A DNA stretch of 64,000 nucleotides from the NCBI GenBank assembly GCA_000708835.1, contig DF237312.1:34625-98624 (forward strand), read 5' to 3'. Within the stretch, counting starts at the first letter, position 1, and every line of letters begins with the position of its first letter. The position numbers and the translations under genes were made by a program. The notes below the pieces were generated by a model. It saw only the letters and a list, made by a program, of their open reading frames with translations, did no database searches and was not told where the DNA came from. Positions 12,001-23,357 of this stretch are shown here, in pieces. The DNA is from Klebsormidium nitens (Eukaryota; Plantae; Klebsormidiophyceae).

Positions 12001-12268
12001 CGGCTCATAAATTCAATTCCGGCTCTATTGCTTTCATAAACGCAGTCCACACGTTGGTAAAAGCAACAAGGTTGGACAAGGTGTCAGTTGGAAATCTTCT
12101 TCTTTGCCCCTCGTAGGTACCTGTTACGACACGCCAGTCCTTGCGAACGGCACACAAGTCTGCCCGGACTGCAACTACTTCGACTTCTACGGTGTCAGCT
12201 GCCCCGACTCTAAATCAACGTGCTGCCCGTCAGGAAGGTGCGCCGTGAGCCTTGGAGGCTGCGGGTGA
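3..12268 (+). CDS. Gene A (5'-partial): secreted chimeric Pro-rich (extensin-like) protein with tandem 12-Cys repeats. Exons: <3-321, 951-1163, 1524-1727, 2728-2952, 3688-3894, 4913-5149, 5884-6111, 6827-7030, 8054-8287, 9043-9264, 9973-10179, 11166-11387, 12117-12268 (TGA). Four defective exons are assumed skipped.
   Basis: Frame 3 reads PPPRNPPPRSAPPPPKAK...VRQCRSTSDCPTNKGCCTEESTGKVG|gtgagt. Each internal exon has AG/GT ends, is phase 1 at both ends and has a length divisible by 3 (213, 204, 225, 207, 237, 228, 204, 234, 222, 207, 222 nt) with a conserved Cys pattern. The terminal exon ends CCPSGRCAVSLGGCG*. Same architecture as gene B. Confidence 0.85.
1911..2135 (+). pseudogene. Type-C (14-Cys) exon of gene A with a mutated acceptor (AC instead of AG); possibly rescued by an in-frame AG 27 nt upstream
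   Basis: ccatttgtAC|gcacctgtta, versus gtgtAG|gcacc, gtgtAG|gcgcc and ttcgtAG|gcacc in the three sister copies. The frame is otherwise intact (225 nt); donor acag|gtgtgt. Confidence 0.7.
4082..4305 (+). pseudogene. Type-C pseudo-exon of gene A (1-nt deletion and two Cys losses)
   Basis: 224 nt, not divisible by 3. Reads tgctgc-cc-aac instead of tgctgc-ccc-aac; Cys>Ser (TCT) and Cys>Tyr (TAC). The ORF track shows the frame switch. Confidence 0.8.
7218..7455 (+). pseudogene. Type-C pseudo-exon of gene A (insertions, frameshift, in-frame TAA)
   Basis: 238 nt. Extra bases near 7232-7262 shift the frame, which reaches CAA TAA. The downstream Cys motif is intact in another frame. Confidence 0.8.
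8388..8430 (+). repeat. 43-bp interstitial telomere-like insertion (TTTTAGGG x2 plus TTTTTGGG) in one intron copy
   Basis: Inserted between ttaccagt and gagagctccgagtc, which are contiguous in the sister intron at ~3054-3075. TTTTAGGG at 8395-8402 and 8420-8427. Confidence 0.75.
10369..10594 (+). pseudogene. Type-C pseudo-exon of gene A (1-nt insertion)
   Basis: 226 nt. 'tac tta gaat ggt ctc' carries one extra base, and the Cys motif continues in the shifted frame. Confidence 0.8.
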
Positions 12269-12399
12269 AAGACGCATCCCAGTGCCCGAGGAGGAGAGTG
12301 GCTAGCTCGGTGAGCCCTGCCTTATTGCGAAAGCAGTGTTCATATCTTCAAGTTTCGCATCATCCCTGTTGCAGCAGAGAAAAAGGACAGGGGGACTCT

Positions 12400-13270
12400 G
12401 AGGTCCCTGTATGTTCAGCCGCAATGGTACTCAGGTTGCAAGAGATGGGGGGGGGCTTGAGAAGCGCATAAGCGGCCACCCCCGGCCCCAAGTGGACAAA
12501 TCAAGGCGGCGACTTGCACTTTCCGGCTTCTAGCAATGTCATCTCAGGTCTGGATTCTCAGGGTTCTGGGTTTACAAACGTTGACAGCGCGACTTGCGAA
12601 GTGAGGCGATTCTGCTTGATTGGAAGCGCCTTGGTTTTTGTTGACTGTTTGCTTTTGTTGTGTTGGTAATCCTTTTGTGCCGCCGACGATCCGACCAGCC
12701 TGTACCCAAATTAGCGAAAAGAGAGGCCACCGTTAACCAGGCTGGTCTAGCCTAGCTTAGTTGTTGACTTCGATCAGCCCACCAGAAGCTTATCAATGTC
12801 TGGTTTCAAAGCACCGGCTCACCGACCATGACTGTAAACGAGATTAAATTGTCAGCTTCTTTAATGGTTTGGCCGAACACCACCCGAATCACTCGCGTCA
12901 GATCAATGACCCCTTTCACGCTTATGAATTGTTCCGTTTCAAGGCCTAGCCGACTCGGTTTCAGCACCCGACGAAGATTGCCTTTTGGTCCAAGTATATC
13001 GACTTTGACAATCAAACTTCCCTGGCTAAATGAATGCCAGGACAGCTCGCCGGGGGCAAACTCCGTACCCTTCAAAACCGTAATGATCCTGGTAAGCTGC
13101 TACGTACTGACGCGGTTGCCTTTCTTCTGCAGCGAAGGGGCCCTCGGAGGACCGGCTGGATTGCTGTTAGTGAATGGCAACCGAGTCGATGTGCTTACAC
13201 CTAGATTTCTACTACCATATGTCTGGGGTCCGAAACGGACCTTGGAACGTGTGTTTCTTGTGACGAACCC
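12400..13270. repeat. 3' flank (probably 3' UTR) of gene A, inverted homologue of ~51430-52270
   Basis: Shared blocks after reverse-complementing, e.g. aaacacacgttc(c/t)aa, ccggcgagctg, ttcggcc..acc.tt.aagaag.tgacaa, ctagaccagcct, gcaagtcgcgctg. Confidence 0.8.
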
Positions 13271-14939
13271 CAGTGGTTAGGAGCAGATGCAACTCTTTGA
13301 TGCGCTTTCTTTGTTTTGTTTTGATGCATGTTACAGGTTTCTCAGCTACTATACAAGTGCATCATAGTACAATAAGGAATTTGTAATGTTGTGACTATAC
13401 CGTTAGCCATTCTCCTCCTTTGGTTATTTACCAGCCAGGAGCTATTGTGAATGAGTTTGAGGACCATGCAGGAGTTAATAGTAGCATCAGGTCTGTTGGC
13501 CGGAGGTGTCGTCACTAACTTATATTACCGTGAGCTATTTCTGATTAGATTCCTTTTCTACCATTTAGTTGCTAGCATCACGTTCAATTGATTGGCAGTG
13601 GATGAGATTAGCATCACGTTGGTCGTTAGCGTTCACGAACAACATTGACGCATGATCTTGTTTTTTTTTTTTTTTTGAAACCACTCAGTTTACCTTCATT
13701 CGAAGTATCAACACACAATGAACCGGGTGTTGATGCATGACGTGGTGCATGAGATCGGATCATGATGCGAGATAAAAGATGTACTCTTCAAATTTATTAT
13801 TGATGTGCACCGTCGTGCAGCGCGGCCGCCTGATACAGACCGAGGCCACATCATTGCATACATGCACGTATATACTTTGAGACCAAGTACTGTACTTGAA
13901 TACATGGACGGACAAAGGCCGCGCGGTTCAACGATACATACATACATACTTCTTTAAAAGGCCGTAGCAGTTAAGCCATGGACCTGAAAATGCTGGACAA
14001 CCTGTAATCGATGAGTCCGGGGCGTTCAGTTCGACGAGCTATAACTACTCAATCCATACTACCTTTCTATTCCTACATGCTGTTTATATTCTGCTTTTCT
14101 TCTAGTAGATTTTACCCAATCGTTACGGCCGTGATCAACGTCTTGCAGTTAGCTAAAACCGTTATCTGCTAACAACGGGGTTTCACAACCATCTCCTCAA
14201 GATAGCCACGCAAAACGTAGCTTCGACCTGCTTAATGTTGCTATGCTTTTGATTAAGTTGACGTTGGTGTCGCACAAGTATAAATAAAAACGCCCGCCGG
14301 GCCGCCATGTTTCAATCGGATGCAAAAGCCATTTGTATAGCAACCAGACATGTATCATGTATGGTAGTGCCAGCTCTGCAAACTTGAAAGGAAGCTAAGG
14401 AGTCTGCATTTAGTAGGCGGCTACTATAAGCTTGCCCAATACGGATCATGCGGAAGTATGATCAGCTACATATTGGGTACGGGGCAATGCGGCGGGGCGC
14501 AGAGACGGCGCCGTACACTGAGCTTGGCGCGTTGGCTTTCAATGTGGAGCCAAATTGGGGCCGAACTGGAGGTTTCCGGTCCCGAAAAGTGGCGGACGAA
14601 CGTCCGGAGCTACAGCCCGATTTGAGGCCGATTCTCAGAAGGCACTGGTTTCAATTCTTGGGAATTGGCTTCGATTGCGGGTACCTCCCTGCGGCTACGG
14701 GGCAGAAAGAGGAGCAAAGCGGCAGGGAGGCACTGGGGCTCACTTGCGCTAGCTGAGCTGGGCAACCGCACCAGTGCGCCGTTAGTAAAGATGTATGCGG
14801 ATCAAGCAGGATTCTGAGGCGCAGCCCGGTGCTAAGCGGTTCCGGGAGGGGCGAAGGGAAGCAAACTCCTTCGTTGTCGGGGATAGCTCCATTCAAGCTT
14901 CAAGTGTGTCAGTTTAAGATGTAGTGCACGAGCAATCGG

Positions 14940-17900
14940 AAGCTAGAGTACCAACCAACGCGCGCAAGACAGCTACGACGTCGAAGCACTCGGATCCGCT
15001 GAAAAAAGGCCCACCGTCCAGCACAGGAAGGTGGCAGATTGGTGGCAGAGTATTCAGCATTTCTTTCAATCTTCCCGTGCATCTGTTCAGCGCAGAGGAG
15101 CCCCAGCATTAGAGCACCGGACGGATTTTGGTGACAGCAGCCAAGATTAGTAAGCCAAATATAAGCGACACGATATCTTCGAAATTTCGCTCACTAGAAG
15201 TAAAACGAGCGTGCTTCTGCTCGGCCTGCCTCTGCGCCATTCCCGTTGCCGCAGACTCTCATCCTGGCCGGGCCTGCGCGTGGGGCGCCGCCAGGGCAGC
15301 GCCTCTTAAACATACTGGACCTCCATGAAGCGCCGCTTTGAAGGTCGAAATCGTTCCCGATTGCTTCATTGACTTCATCGGTTGCGTTTTTGACCTTCCG
15401 CTAAATGCGCACCGGCGATAGCCGCTGAATCCAGTCCCACGTGGGCCCTACGCACCCCGTGGCGCCACGTGTCACCTGCTGGCTCAGCCTCTGCGGGCGC
15501 TCGAAGTACTATGCTCATGCCACTCTTGGCAAGGCTGCCCTATCAGACCCAGCTTCGAATGGGTAGGGTTTCTAACGGGTCACACATGCGAAGCGCCCGC
15601 AGTGACCCCCATTGTTTTCGCTGCCAAGCTTCACTTACATTTCAAAGTTGGAGTTGCTGATGGCATCATTCTCGTGGTTCAGATTTAAGTTTCTTCTTGT
15701 TTGCAAACGGGCGTCTTCGTGCTTCAGGGGAGGGACAGGGCAGATGACGTCGAGAGCGGTATCGCGGAAGGTCTAAAAGTTCCACCGTTGCTTCCTTGCG
15801 CGCGGGGCGCTTTAAGACCCCCGGCAGAGCTGCTTCAGCGGGCTTGTCACTCTAGTGATGAAGGCGGCTTGTCTTCCGCGCCCGTTCGCCTGTCTGCGGG
15901 ATATCAGGCTTGCCCGGGCGTTTAATACCGGTGGAATCAGAACCTTTACACTCATCAAAGCACCGCCTTGTGATGTCCAACTGGCGGCCGGGCCGGCCCC
16001 AACTTGAAGGACAAGCGACCAGAAAGACTGCAGTTGCCCGCTGTGGTGTCGCTATTTTCTTCATGCGTTTTCACTTCGAATCTCAAGGGAGTCCGGCAGG
16101 TCGTCTGGGACCCGCGCAGGCCTCGGAACCGGAACGGCAGGAGGGCTGGGGCGCTGCAGAGCGCGGCCTAGTGCCGCGGAACTCGGCCGCGGAACGAACC
16201 GGGGCACGGGTAAGATGCAGAGGGTTAGGTTCGGGGCGAAAAAGCCCTTTGAAGTGCCCAGAATGCCTGCAGTGGGTTTCGCTGAATAGCAAACATCCAC
16301 CTTCCGTACCACTTTGGAGGCAAGCTTGCGGCAGCATGCGCAGTTCCGTTTCCGTTTGTCTTATTTTCGGCTGGCAAATCGCCCATTACCTCTGTGGAAA
16401 CCGCTCACTTCCCTGGCTCTATTAATTTACCCGTTCGGTCGAAGTCTGGGACGTCCGAGCCTGCTCCGCTCCTTCAGTCCGAACCGGCAGTTTTGGACCT
16501 GATCCTATGTTCCTTGTCATCCGACGTTCCAGCCCTTTTAATTGTAATCGGCTGCCAGATCTCTTCTTTAAAACGCAAAACCTTTCGAGCGCCGATTCTG
16601 TGCCTGCCGGACAACTCCTCTTCCTTCCGTTCCACGCCGAAAGCCCACAATTCTCCTTGACAGCTTTTTTTGGCCACATGGTGGCGGAGACCCCTGCATC
16701 CGTAGTTCCTGCCGCTCATGAGAGAAATCATGAAAAATCGGCCGAGCTACAGAGAAGGCGATGCACTGGACCATTCAGTCCGAAGTCTCGCTCCCGTGCA
16801 CATCGCTGCCGGACCCCCGCTTGGCCAGTCCAGGGAAGAAATTTGAGACGAAATGCAGTGAAACCTCCGATTTTGTCCACGCGGGAATCGCACGTGCGTC
16901 ACGAGTATTTCACCTTGCCGCAAGCGCCATAGTTCAAGTTCAGTCCCACCATCGAGTCCCAGATGGTCCTTAAGATTTACAGTACCGTGCGTTCTCGACG
17001 TCGAATCACCTGTCGTAAGTTCTGGATCCAATGCTGCTTTGCTGAGAGGTTTGAGGCTCCTGTGTTCTAAGCGCTGCTTCTATAAAGAAGCAGCTCCTAA
17101 GATCCCAACCAGAAGGTTGTAGCTCGGAAAGCTGAAGGATGTCGGAGAATAAGAAATCCGCTTGCCTGTCGGGTGTTCATTTGGAGTTCTGTTTAATTGC
17201 TGCTTTCGCACCGAGTCCCGCGAGCTGCGACATACACGATGATGAAAGCGCGAGAATGAAAGCGGCGAATTCGTGGCAGAGCTACGCGAGCTAGGTGGGC
17301 CACGTGTTGCTTGATCTCGCCAGGTCCCAGCGAGCTGTCTCCGTCGGTTCGGCAGATCTTCGATACGACACAAAGCTCCGTCTGGCTTGTTCACCCTACA
17401 CTCTCCTGACGTGTTCAACCATCAGTTTGCTACGTCGTTGTCCACGGACTGCAAGGAGATTGGTACGAAAAGTTGACCGACTCTGCTCTCATCGGGGTGC
17501 TTTGTCGTGAAAACTCCTTCTCCGACTGACCAATGTTTGCAGGTAATTCTTTCGAAGCTCCTCCAAAGGCTCGTTTCCAAGCCATGAATGTTCTATTGGA
17601 ACGGTGCCAGCTTTTACGTGCACCTAACAAGAGCTGATACAGGGTGTAAATGAATCTGTCGAATGCCGTCCCGTTCCATCTGCGACGGTGCCGTCCCGTT
17701 GCATCCGCTCGATCCGGCTCAGATGAAACGGGTCGATGTACAGATTCGAAGTGGAATTGTGCAGGACCAACAGACCTGGCTGTAAAAAAGGTACGGAAAG
17801 AGACTTTGACGTGTTCGTGTGCGAAGTAGTGCAGGAGAACAATAAGTGCGTAAGGTTTTTCGACTCTGGTGGAGAAAGCCTAGCTGCAGTAGCGGCAGGG

Positions 17901-18400
17901 TGAAGGAATGAGCGGCTGATCAGCCCAGTCGCTTAAAACTTCCAAAGCAAGGGCTTTGAGCTCATCTTGTCCAACGCAGTAAGCAACGAATAAACCTCGA
18001 AAGTTGCATCGACGCCAGCCGTATCTGTCTTTTTGAAGATTTTGAAGCCGGACAAGTCAGAACCAAGCGAACAAGTGTCAGCCTTGTGGGCACTCCATGT
18101 CTTCAAACTCCTGGCAGATCGGCGGTTGTATTCCGCAGTGCTCGAGCATTACGTACGGCTTCCAATGGCTACATACAGACATCCAAACCTTGCTGCCGTC
18201 TTGGTGCCGCAGGAGGGAGCTTAAGTCAAAGATTGGGCCCATCTGATCGCCCCAGTTGCTGTACGATCGCGACACAAAAACCTGTCAAGCCATCAGATCC
18301 TCACCGGATGCACTCTCGCAGGCGGACCGGGAACGGCGACTGGTCGGGGTGCTGAGAAGAGGCAATAGTAATGTGCTGCCGTCTTGGGGGCCTCCTTCTC
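14940..18400. repeat. Block X: decayed, possibly formerly coding sequence; inverted homologue of ~44700-48270
   Basis: Colinear matching motifs with the reverse complement of 44.7-48.3 kb (aaatgcgcaccggc, the 24-bp element, tgcgaagcgcc, gatgacgtcg, cagcgggcttgtc, agtccggcagg, ctgctccgc). Reading frames are broken by stops and indels. End points are approximate. Confidence 0.7.
15456..15479 (+). promoter_or_regulatory. 24-bp element containing a G-box/ABRE (GCCACGTGTC), identical to the reverse complement of 47902-47925
   Basis: cccgtggcgccacgtgtcacctgc matches exactly. A second CACGTG lies at 15438-15443. Confidence 0.5.
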
Positions 18401-20531
18401 TTCCCAAGAGCATCAGAGTTCTCCCTAAGCGACCTTGCTACACCATCAACTTTTCAAATTTTCTGCACAACAGCATCTTACTGATGTAGAGTCAGCATCT
18501 TACTAACTTAGAGTCGATTGACAATGTCTGACAGGGCTTCCGCGACAGCGCGGGCGCTTTGGGGGCAGTACATCGGAGAGAGCTGCGGACCCTCCATCTC
18601 CTGACTCTCGCTCTCAGTACTCTCGCTGTCAGTACCTTTCGCTCGCCACGGTCGGGCTCCTCGTATCCACCTCTTTTGCTTGCCACGTCATCGCTGCCGC
18701 CCGGGTCCTCGTTTTCGTCGATCTGGCACCTGCACGTCATCTTTCCCGCCCTCGGACGGTCTGCAGGTGGCAGTTTGGCAGTCGAATCTGACTTTCTTTC
18801 CGGTCTGATTCATGATTGGGGTCGTTTTATTGCCAAGCCCCAGACTTGGGCTGACTTCCTGGGCCCTTCTTTCCGAAAGCTGCGCCTTTTGCTTCGCTCT
18901 GACTCGGTCCAAACTTGCAGCTTATACGCAGTCGCTTCTCGATCCCAGCAGCTTCGACCCACTTTTAGTACCAGCAAGGTTGCTATTCTAGCACGACAAA
19001 CGTTTACCGTTCCGCCCGATCCAAGCCAACAGAGGAATTGACTCTCGAAGTTTTCCAGCCGAAATGAGGGGCGGTAACTTTCTTACACAGACGCCCCACA
19101 TAGAAGCAGGCCGATGATTCGCGGGCTGTTAAATCCAGCGCACCCTCGGCAGAAGCTCCTCAGCAGTCACCTACCCGCGAGTTACGTACCGCATACACTC
19201 CTGTCGCAACCGCGAGCGCAAGGTGCGCAGTGTGTAAACTTCTGCTTCTCGATGATTTCTGCTTCCCGGGTGATCTAACGAGAATGCTGGCCTTGACCCT
19301 GCATGCTCCGTCGTTTCGCTGCAGTCCACCACCGCCAGTAAGGCCCCCCAACTGAAAGTGGCGGCCATCCAGCCATCACTTATGCAGAATGTGTCCCGAG
19401 TTGATTGCAGAGCAGAACAGTAGTACGTTTGTATGTCTGAACGGAATAGCAGGTTTTTGCCAGTACCTCTTGGGGTCAGCATGCCGTTCTGGGGTTAGCA
19501 TGCCGGTCTGCACTCCACCGGTCTTCCGCACCCAGTCTTTGGCAGATCGCAATTCAAGCTCAAGGGACGTGTGAGTCCCTGCAATGTGTTTTGACTAGGC
19601 TAAGGCAATATATCAGGGCTGAAGCTACCATCCCGGTGTCATGCCGAACTCGTGGTGTCGCCCCCATGTGTCCGATCGATTGAATAGCATCTGATACCCA
19701 GTGTGCTCATGCAGGCCCGGGCAAATCAATGGCGATATCATCGATTTGCATACTCGACCATTGAACTCACGCCTTGATTCCGAGTAGATCAAGCAGCTCG
19801 CGAGTCGGGCGCGGCTTATATAGAATCAAGCGTCGGGTCATGAACCGGCACATACATGCGAATGCACTTCTCATGCATTTGCTGCGCACATACATAAAAC
19901 TGTATTGTAGGCTAGCTTAAGAGATGATCTGCACTCATGTTGCTTCAACACTTCACTCGTTCCATGCACATGCAGAATAATTTCTTACAGCCTGAAAAGC
20001 AACTTAAACTTACTTGCATGGCGAAACTCGGGCCGGCCCGGAGCTGCCCGGCGGGCGGCCAGATCGAGCACAGTGCAAGGGGCGACGGTCAGATGATATG
20101 TCGATCAGTGCAATCCAATTAATCACCTTATTTGCATGGCGGCCGGATCGCGAGCCTGATCGGTCGGCCACAACAGATACATGATTAAAATGATTCCAAT
20201 GATAGGCATCCGACAAGGCAACCGCGTTCCAGACTCAGCTTGGGCCGTGCCCGCAGCTTACATGACCAATTTTCCTTGGAATGTAGTGTTCCAACTTTCA
20301 AAGAGCGTCGGAGTCATTTGGTTAACCTCCACCAGCGAACAAGACCGTTATCGTCATCGCCACACGTTGTTGCTTAGGGTAGCAATATGACATGCATGCG
20401 CACTGTGGCGGCATCGAATCGCAATATAGGTATTACATGTTCTGGAAAAATGAGCATTGAAGCATGGCCTCGCCATGGCAGATAACCTTACTAAAAGAGG
20501 GGAAAAGAAGACTGTCCAAGAAACGGGCCTC

Positions 20532-23357
20532 TCATTCCGCTTTCACAGCTTTTGGCGTTGGGGATTGTCCGCTAAGAAGCGCCCCCAGTCCTCCTGAAGT
20601 CTTCATTTGCTCCTGAACGGCCTTGATCTCTTCAGGATCTGTAAGCAAGGACCGCCGCCAAAAATCAATTAATTGTCTCGGAAAGACTTCATTCCTCCCG
20701 CTTCTCCAGAGTCTCTGACAACAGCTAGTAACGTCAGAAGCCTCCGAACGAGGAGGGTTGTAAAACGCACGTATATACAAGCATCCACATATTCATGTTT
20801 CTCCAAAACACAACCCGGCTTCAGTCGGGGTAAAAAAAGTACACTCGAAGACTCAACATTTCTGACAACTGTAGTCAGTGCGGATACCTGAGCAGCCCCT
20901 TCACTGTTCCACAAGATGACTGCTTCACCTTTTGCAGACACCAAAGCTCGCCAAGGCGAGGATGCACCAGACCTCCCCAATCGAAAGCCCACCGCAAAAG
21001 CAGGCATAACAGAACCGCCACAATCAAGCACTGCCGTGGCCGAACGAGCAGCTCTCCAAGCAATCGACGGGTCAGAAAATTCGAAACTACAACCTGGCAC
21101 GTTTTTGCTGTCAGTAAGTTGTCAGAATATCGCCCTCCTTCCTTGCAAGCACTCACCCATGCCGGCCGTCATTGCTGGAAGGCCGTAGATTGCAAACAGG
21201 CTGAACGCCATCATGAGAACCATCGGGTTCTTAGCAAATGTCCAGACCGTAACCGGCTGCCGGATCTGTGGAAAGTGGGGACGAGAATGAGCAATAAGCA
21301 GGAATCGCTCACTTATCCTGGTTGTCGTTACTCCAAAAACGACCCTTCATTTCTGACACAGATCGCCGCGAAAATATGATAACTTGATAGTGGAGCAGCT
21401 TTCAGCAAACCGTATGAAGGTCCGTGACACAAGAGCAACTTTCCCTCTGTCTGATGGAGACGACAATGATCGCAGGACTATGTTCAACGAGATGGAAATG
21501 ATCAGATACTTGGCGATATCTTGCCATGCGGCTCCTTGCCTGACATTGTCACATCCCAACTCTCCTTTGCTTCTTCTACCTTTCACTCTGCATCTCTTCA
21601 ATCAGGCAATGCAGAGAATGAACTACCAATGAAAACCTTCGGGATCGAAAGTCAGAAGTGGCCAATCGTGATACCCAAGAACCAGAGCGTGTAAAAGGTT
21701 GCCGAGCAAGACTAATAGTACTGGTCAAACAGAAGGTTTTAAGAGTATAAGAAGAGAGATTTACCTCGTAGTAAAAGACAGGCATAACGGGGGTCAGCAC
21801 CAGCGGCTGCGGAAGCACTCTCCGGTGATTCTCAGCGATACTTGCACGGACCTCTCCCCTCTTCGAACTTGCATCGATCTTCAACTGAATAGACAACGAA
21901 GATATGTTTGTCCAGAAAGTCGAATTGAGTGCCTGAGCTACTTCACCTGCTACATTCGCCTGTTCAAGCTTTTCAGAAAAAAAACTCCTATGTTTGAGAT
22001 GGGTCTGTGCATGCTTGCTGTGATGCGTCCCCGAAGCTATGTAAGCAAGGCAACAAGCGAATCAAGACTTTGATCAAAGGCTTCAGACTGTTCCCATCGA
22101 TCTGCATCAGACATGCAAACTTGCGATGGCCCTGATGATAGCTTATGGTAAGATGTTGCCAATAATGTGAAAGGCACTGTGCATCTCTCGATCTTGGCAG
22201 GGACAGAGGCGCTTCCCCCAAAACAAACACAAAAGCAGATAAACGATTTGGGGAAACTTACCGGGGCGAAGTAGTAACCGAGCGCCACCACCTCCAAGAT
22301 GTGAGATCCAGAAGGGATGTCATAGCTTTTGAACAGAACAGTCAAGGAAACCTGCTCCTCATAGATGTGCTCACTCAATGATGAATCAGAAAAAGTTGCT
22401 CAACCAGTCACAACAACTCAATTCTCGAACCAGGAGAGTCCACGTAGTTGATCAATCGAGATCTAAGCCAGCAAGACAGCATTGAGTTGGATCAACACTC
22501 GTGCGCAGGATACAATGCGAAGTAGCCGTCAATCCTCGGAAAGGCGACGTAGCGGCCCCCGTCGAGAAGTATTTTGATTGACGCTGGCTTTGTCTTCAGC
22601 ACTGCAAGAAAGCTTGTCAAAAATGAGACGGGTCGGCTATGGTTTAATACAGTGGTCAAGGACCCCATGAGTGGCCTCCCGCATTTTGCGTCATGAACAG
22701 GAAGAAGAAATACGGGACAACCATTGAAGCAGCCCCACCTCATCTGCTTAGTGGTGGAGTTTGATAGTGGAAGTATGCTTACCGTCAAGCCTTATTCGTC
22801 CGTCTATGATCGATGTTTCGCCCGATTGGCTGAGGAAGTGGAAAGATAAGAGAAAATCAGGCAACAGGATCAAAATGATATACTTTCAGCAAATCTTGGA
22901 TCCTAAGTTCAACAAGCGTACCAAGTTTACTTAAGACGCCCGTAACGCATACATAGAGCAACCTTCCACAAACAGTCTTCATGAGAGTCAACCATATCAT
23001 CTTCAAACGGCAACAACCAGAAGTTTGCAGCTCAACCTTTCTGAGCTTTTGCTTTGGATGCTGCATCTTCGCTCATCTAAGATATAAGAATCTTATGAGT
23101 CCTGTGCAGGAAGTTCTTACGCACCATGAACGAGCACAGGCACTACAATCTAATGCAGCTTCAGAGAAGCTGATGGGAATGTTTGAGATGGATATTCACT
23201 CTGCGACTGCCCCAATGCCCTTTGCTTGAGCACACAGTGACAAAATTACCGCACCATGATGCAAAGCTCACCTAGCTGCAGCTGACACGCAGAGCGAGCT
23301 GAAACAGAAACAGCCCACAATGAGCAACAAACACCGGTTCCTTCCCAACAATTCCAT
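20532..23357 (-). CDS. EMC7: ER membrane protein complex subunit 7 (206 aa). Exons 23357-23272, 22829-22783, 22601-22514, 22325-22262, 21884-21765, 21265-21157, 20638-20532.
   Basis: Signal peptide MELLGRNRCLLLIVGCFCFSSLCVSAAAS, then IKILLDGGRYVAFPRIDGYFAFYDIPSGSHILEVVALGYYFAPLKIDAS...KNPMVLMMAF...MDPEEIKAVQEQMK, matching the plant EMC7 pattern. All junctions are GT-AG and phase-consistent (621 nt). Confidence 0.9.

Larger units (their letters stand above)
1450..12116 (+). repeat. Higher-order tandem duplication of exon+intron units (B-C-A[-hybrid]); period ~2.16 kb, then ~3.14 kb
   Basis: B-type exons start at 1524, 3688, 6827 and 9973 (spacings 2164, 3139, 3146). Intron sequences recur between units (e.g. 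gtgaccacttgc, gatcgctttcacacc, ttggggtagtc). Confidence 0.9.

Noticed and set aside
951-12268. Regularly spaced repeats read as a CRISPR array or as many separate small genes
   Set aside because: The units are ~200-240-nt coding exons with GT-AG ends and homologous (not unique) spacers. The ORF-track starts are intronic or internal codons.
12806-13075. 89-aa minus-strand ORF with protein-like composition
   Set aside because: Its homologue in the gene B flank has a stop and frame-breaking indels, so it is more likely UTR. Not fully excluded.
19620-19635. gaagctaccatc, resembling a 28S rRNA segment
   Set aside because: Only ~12 nt match and the flanks do not continue.
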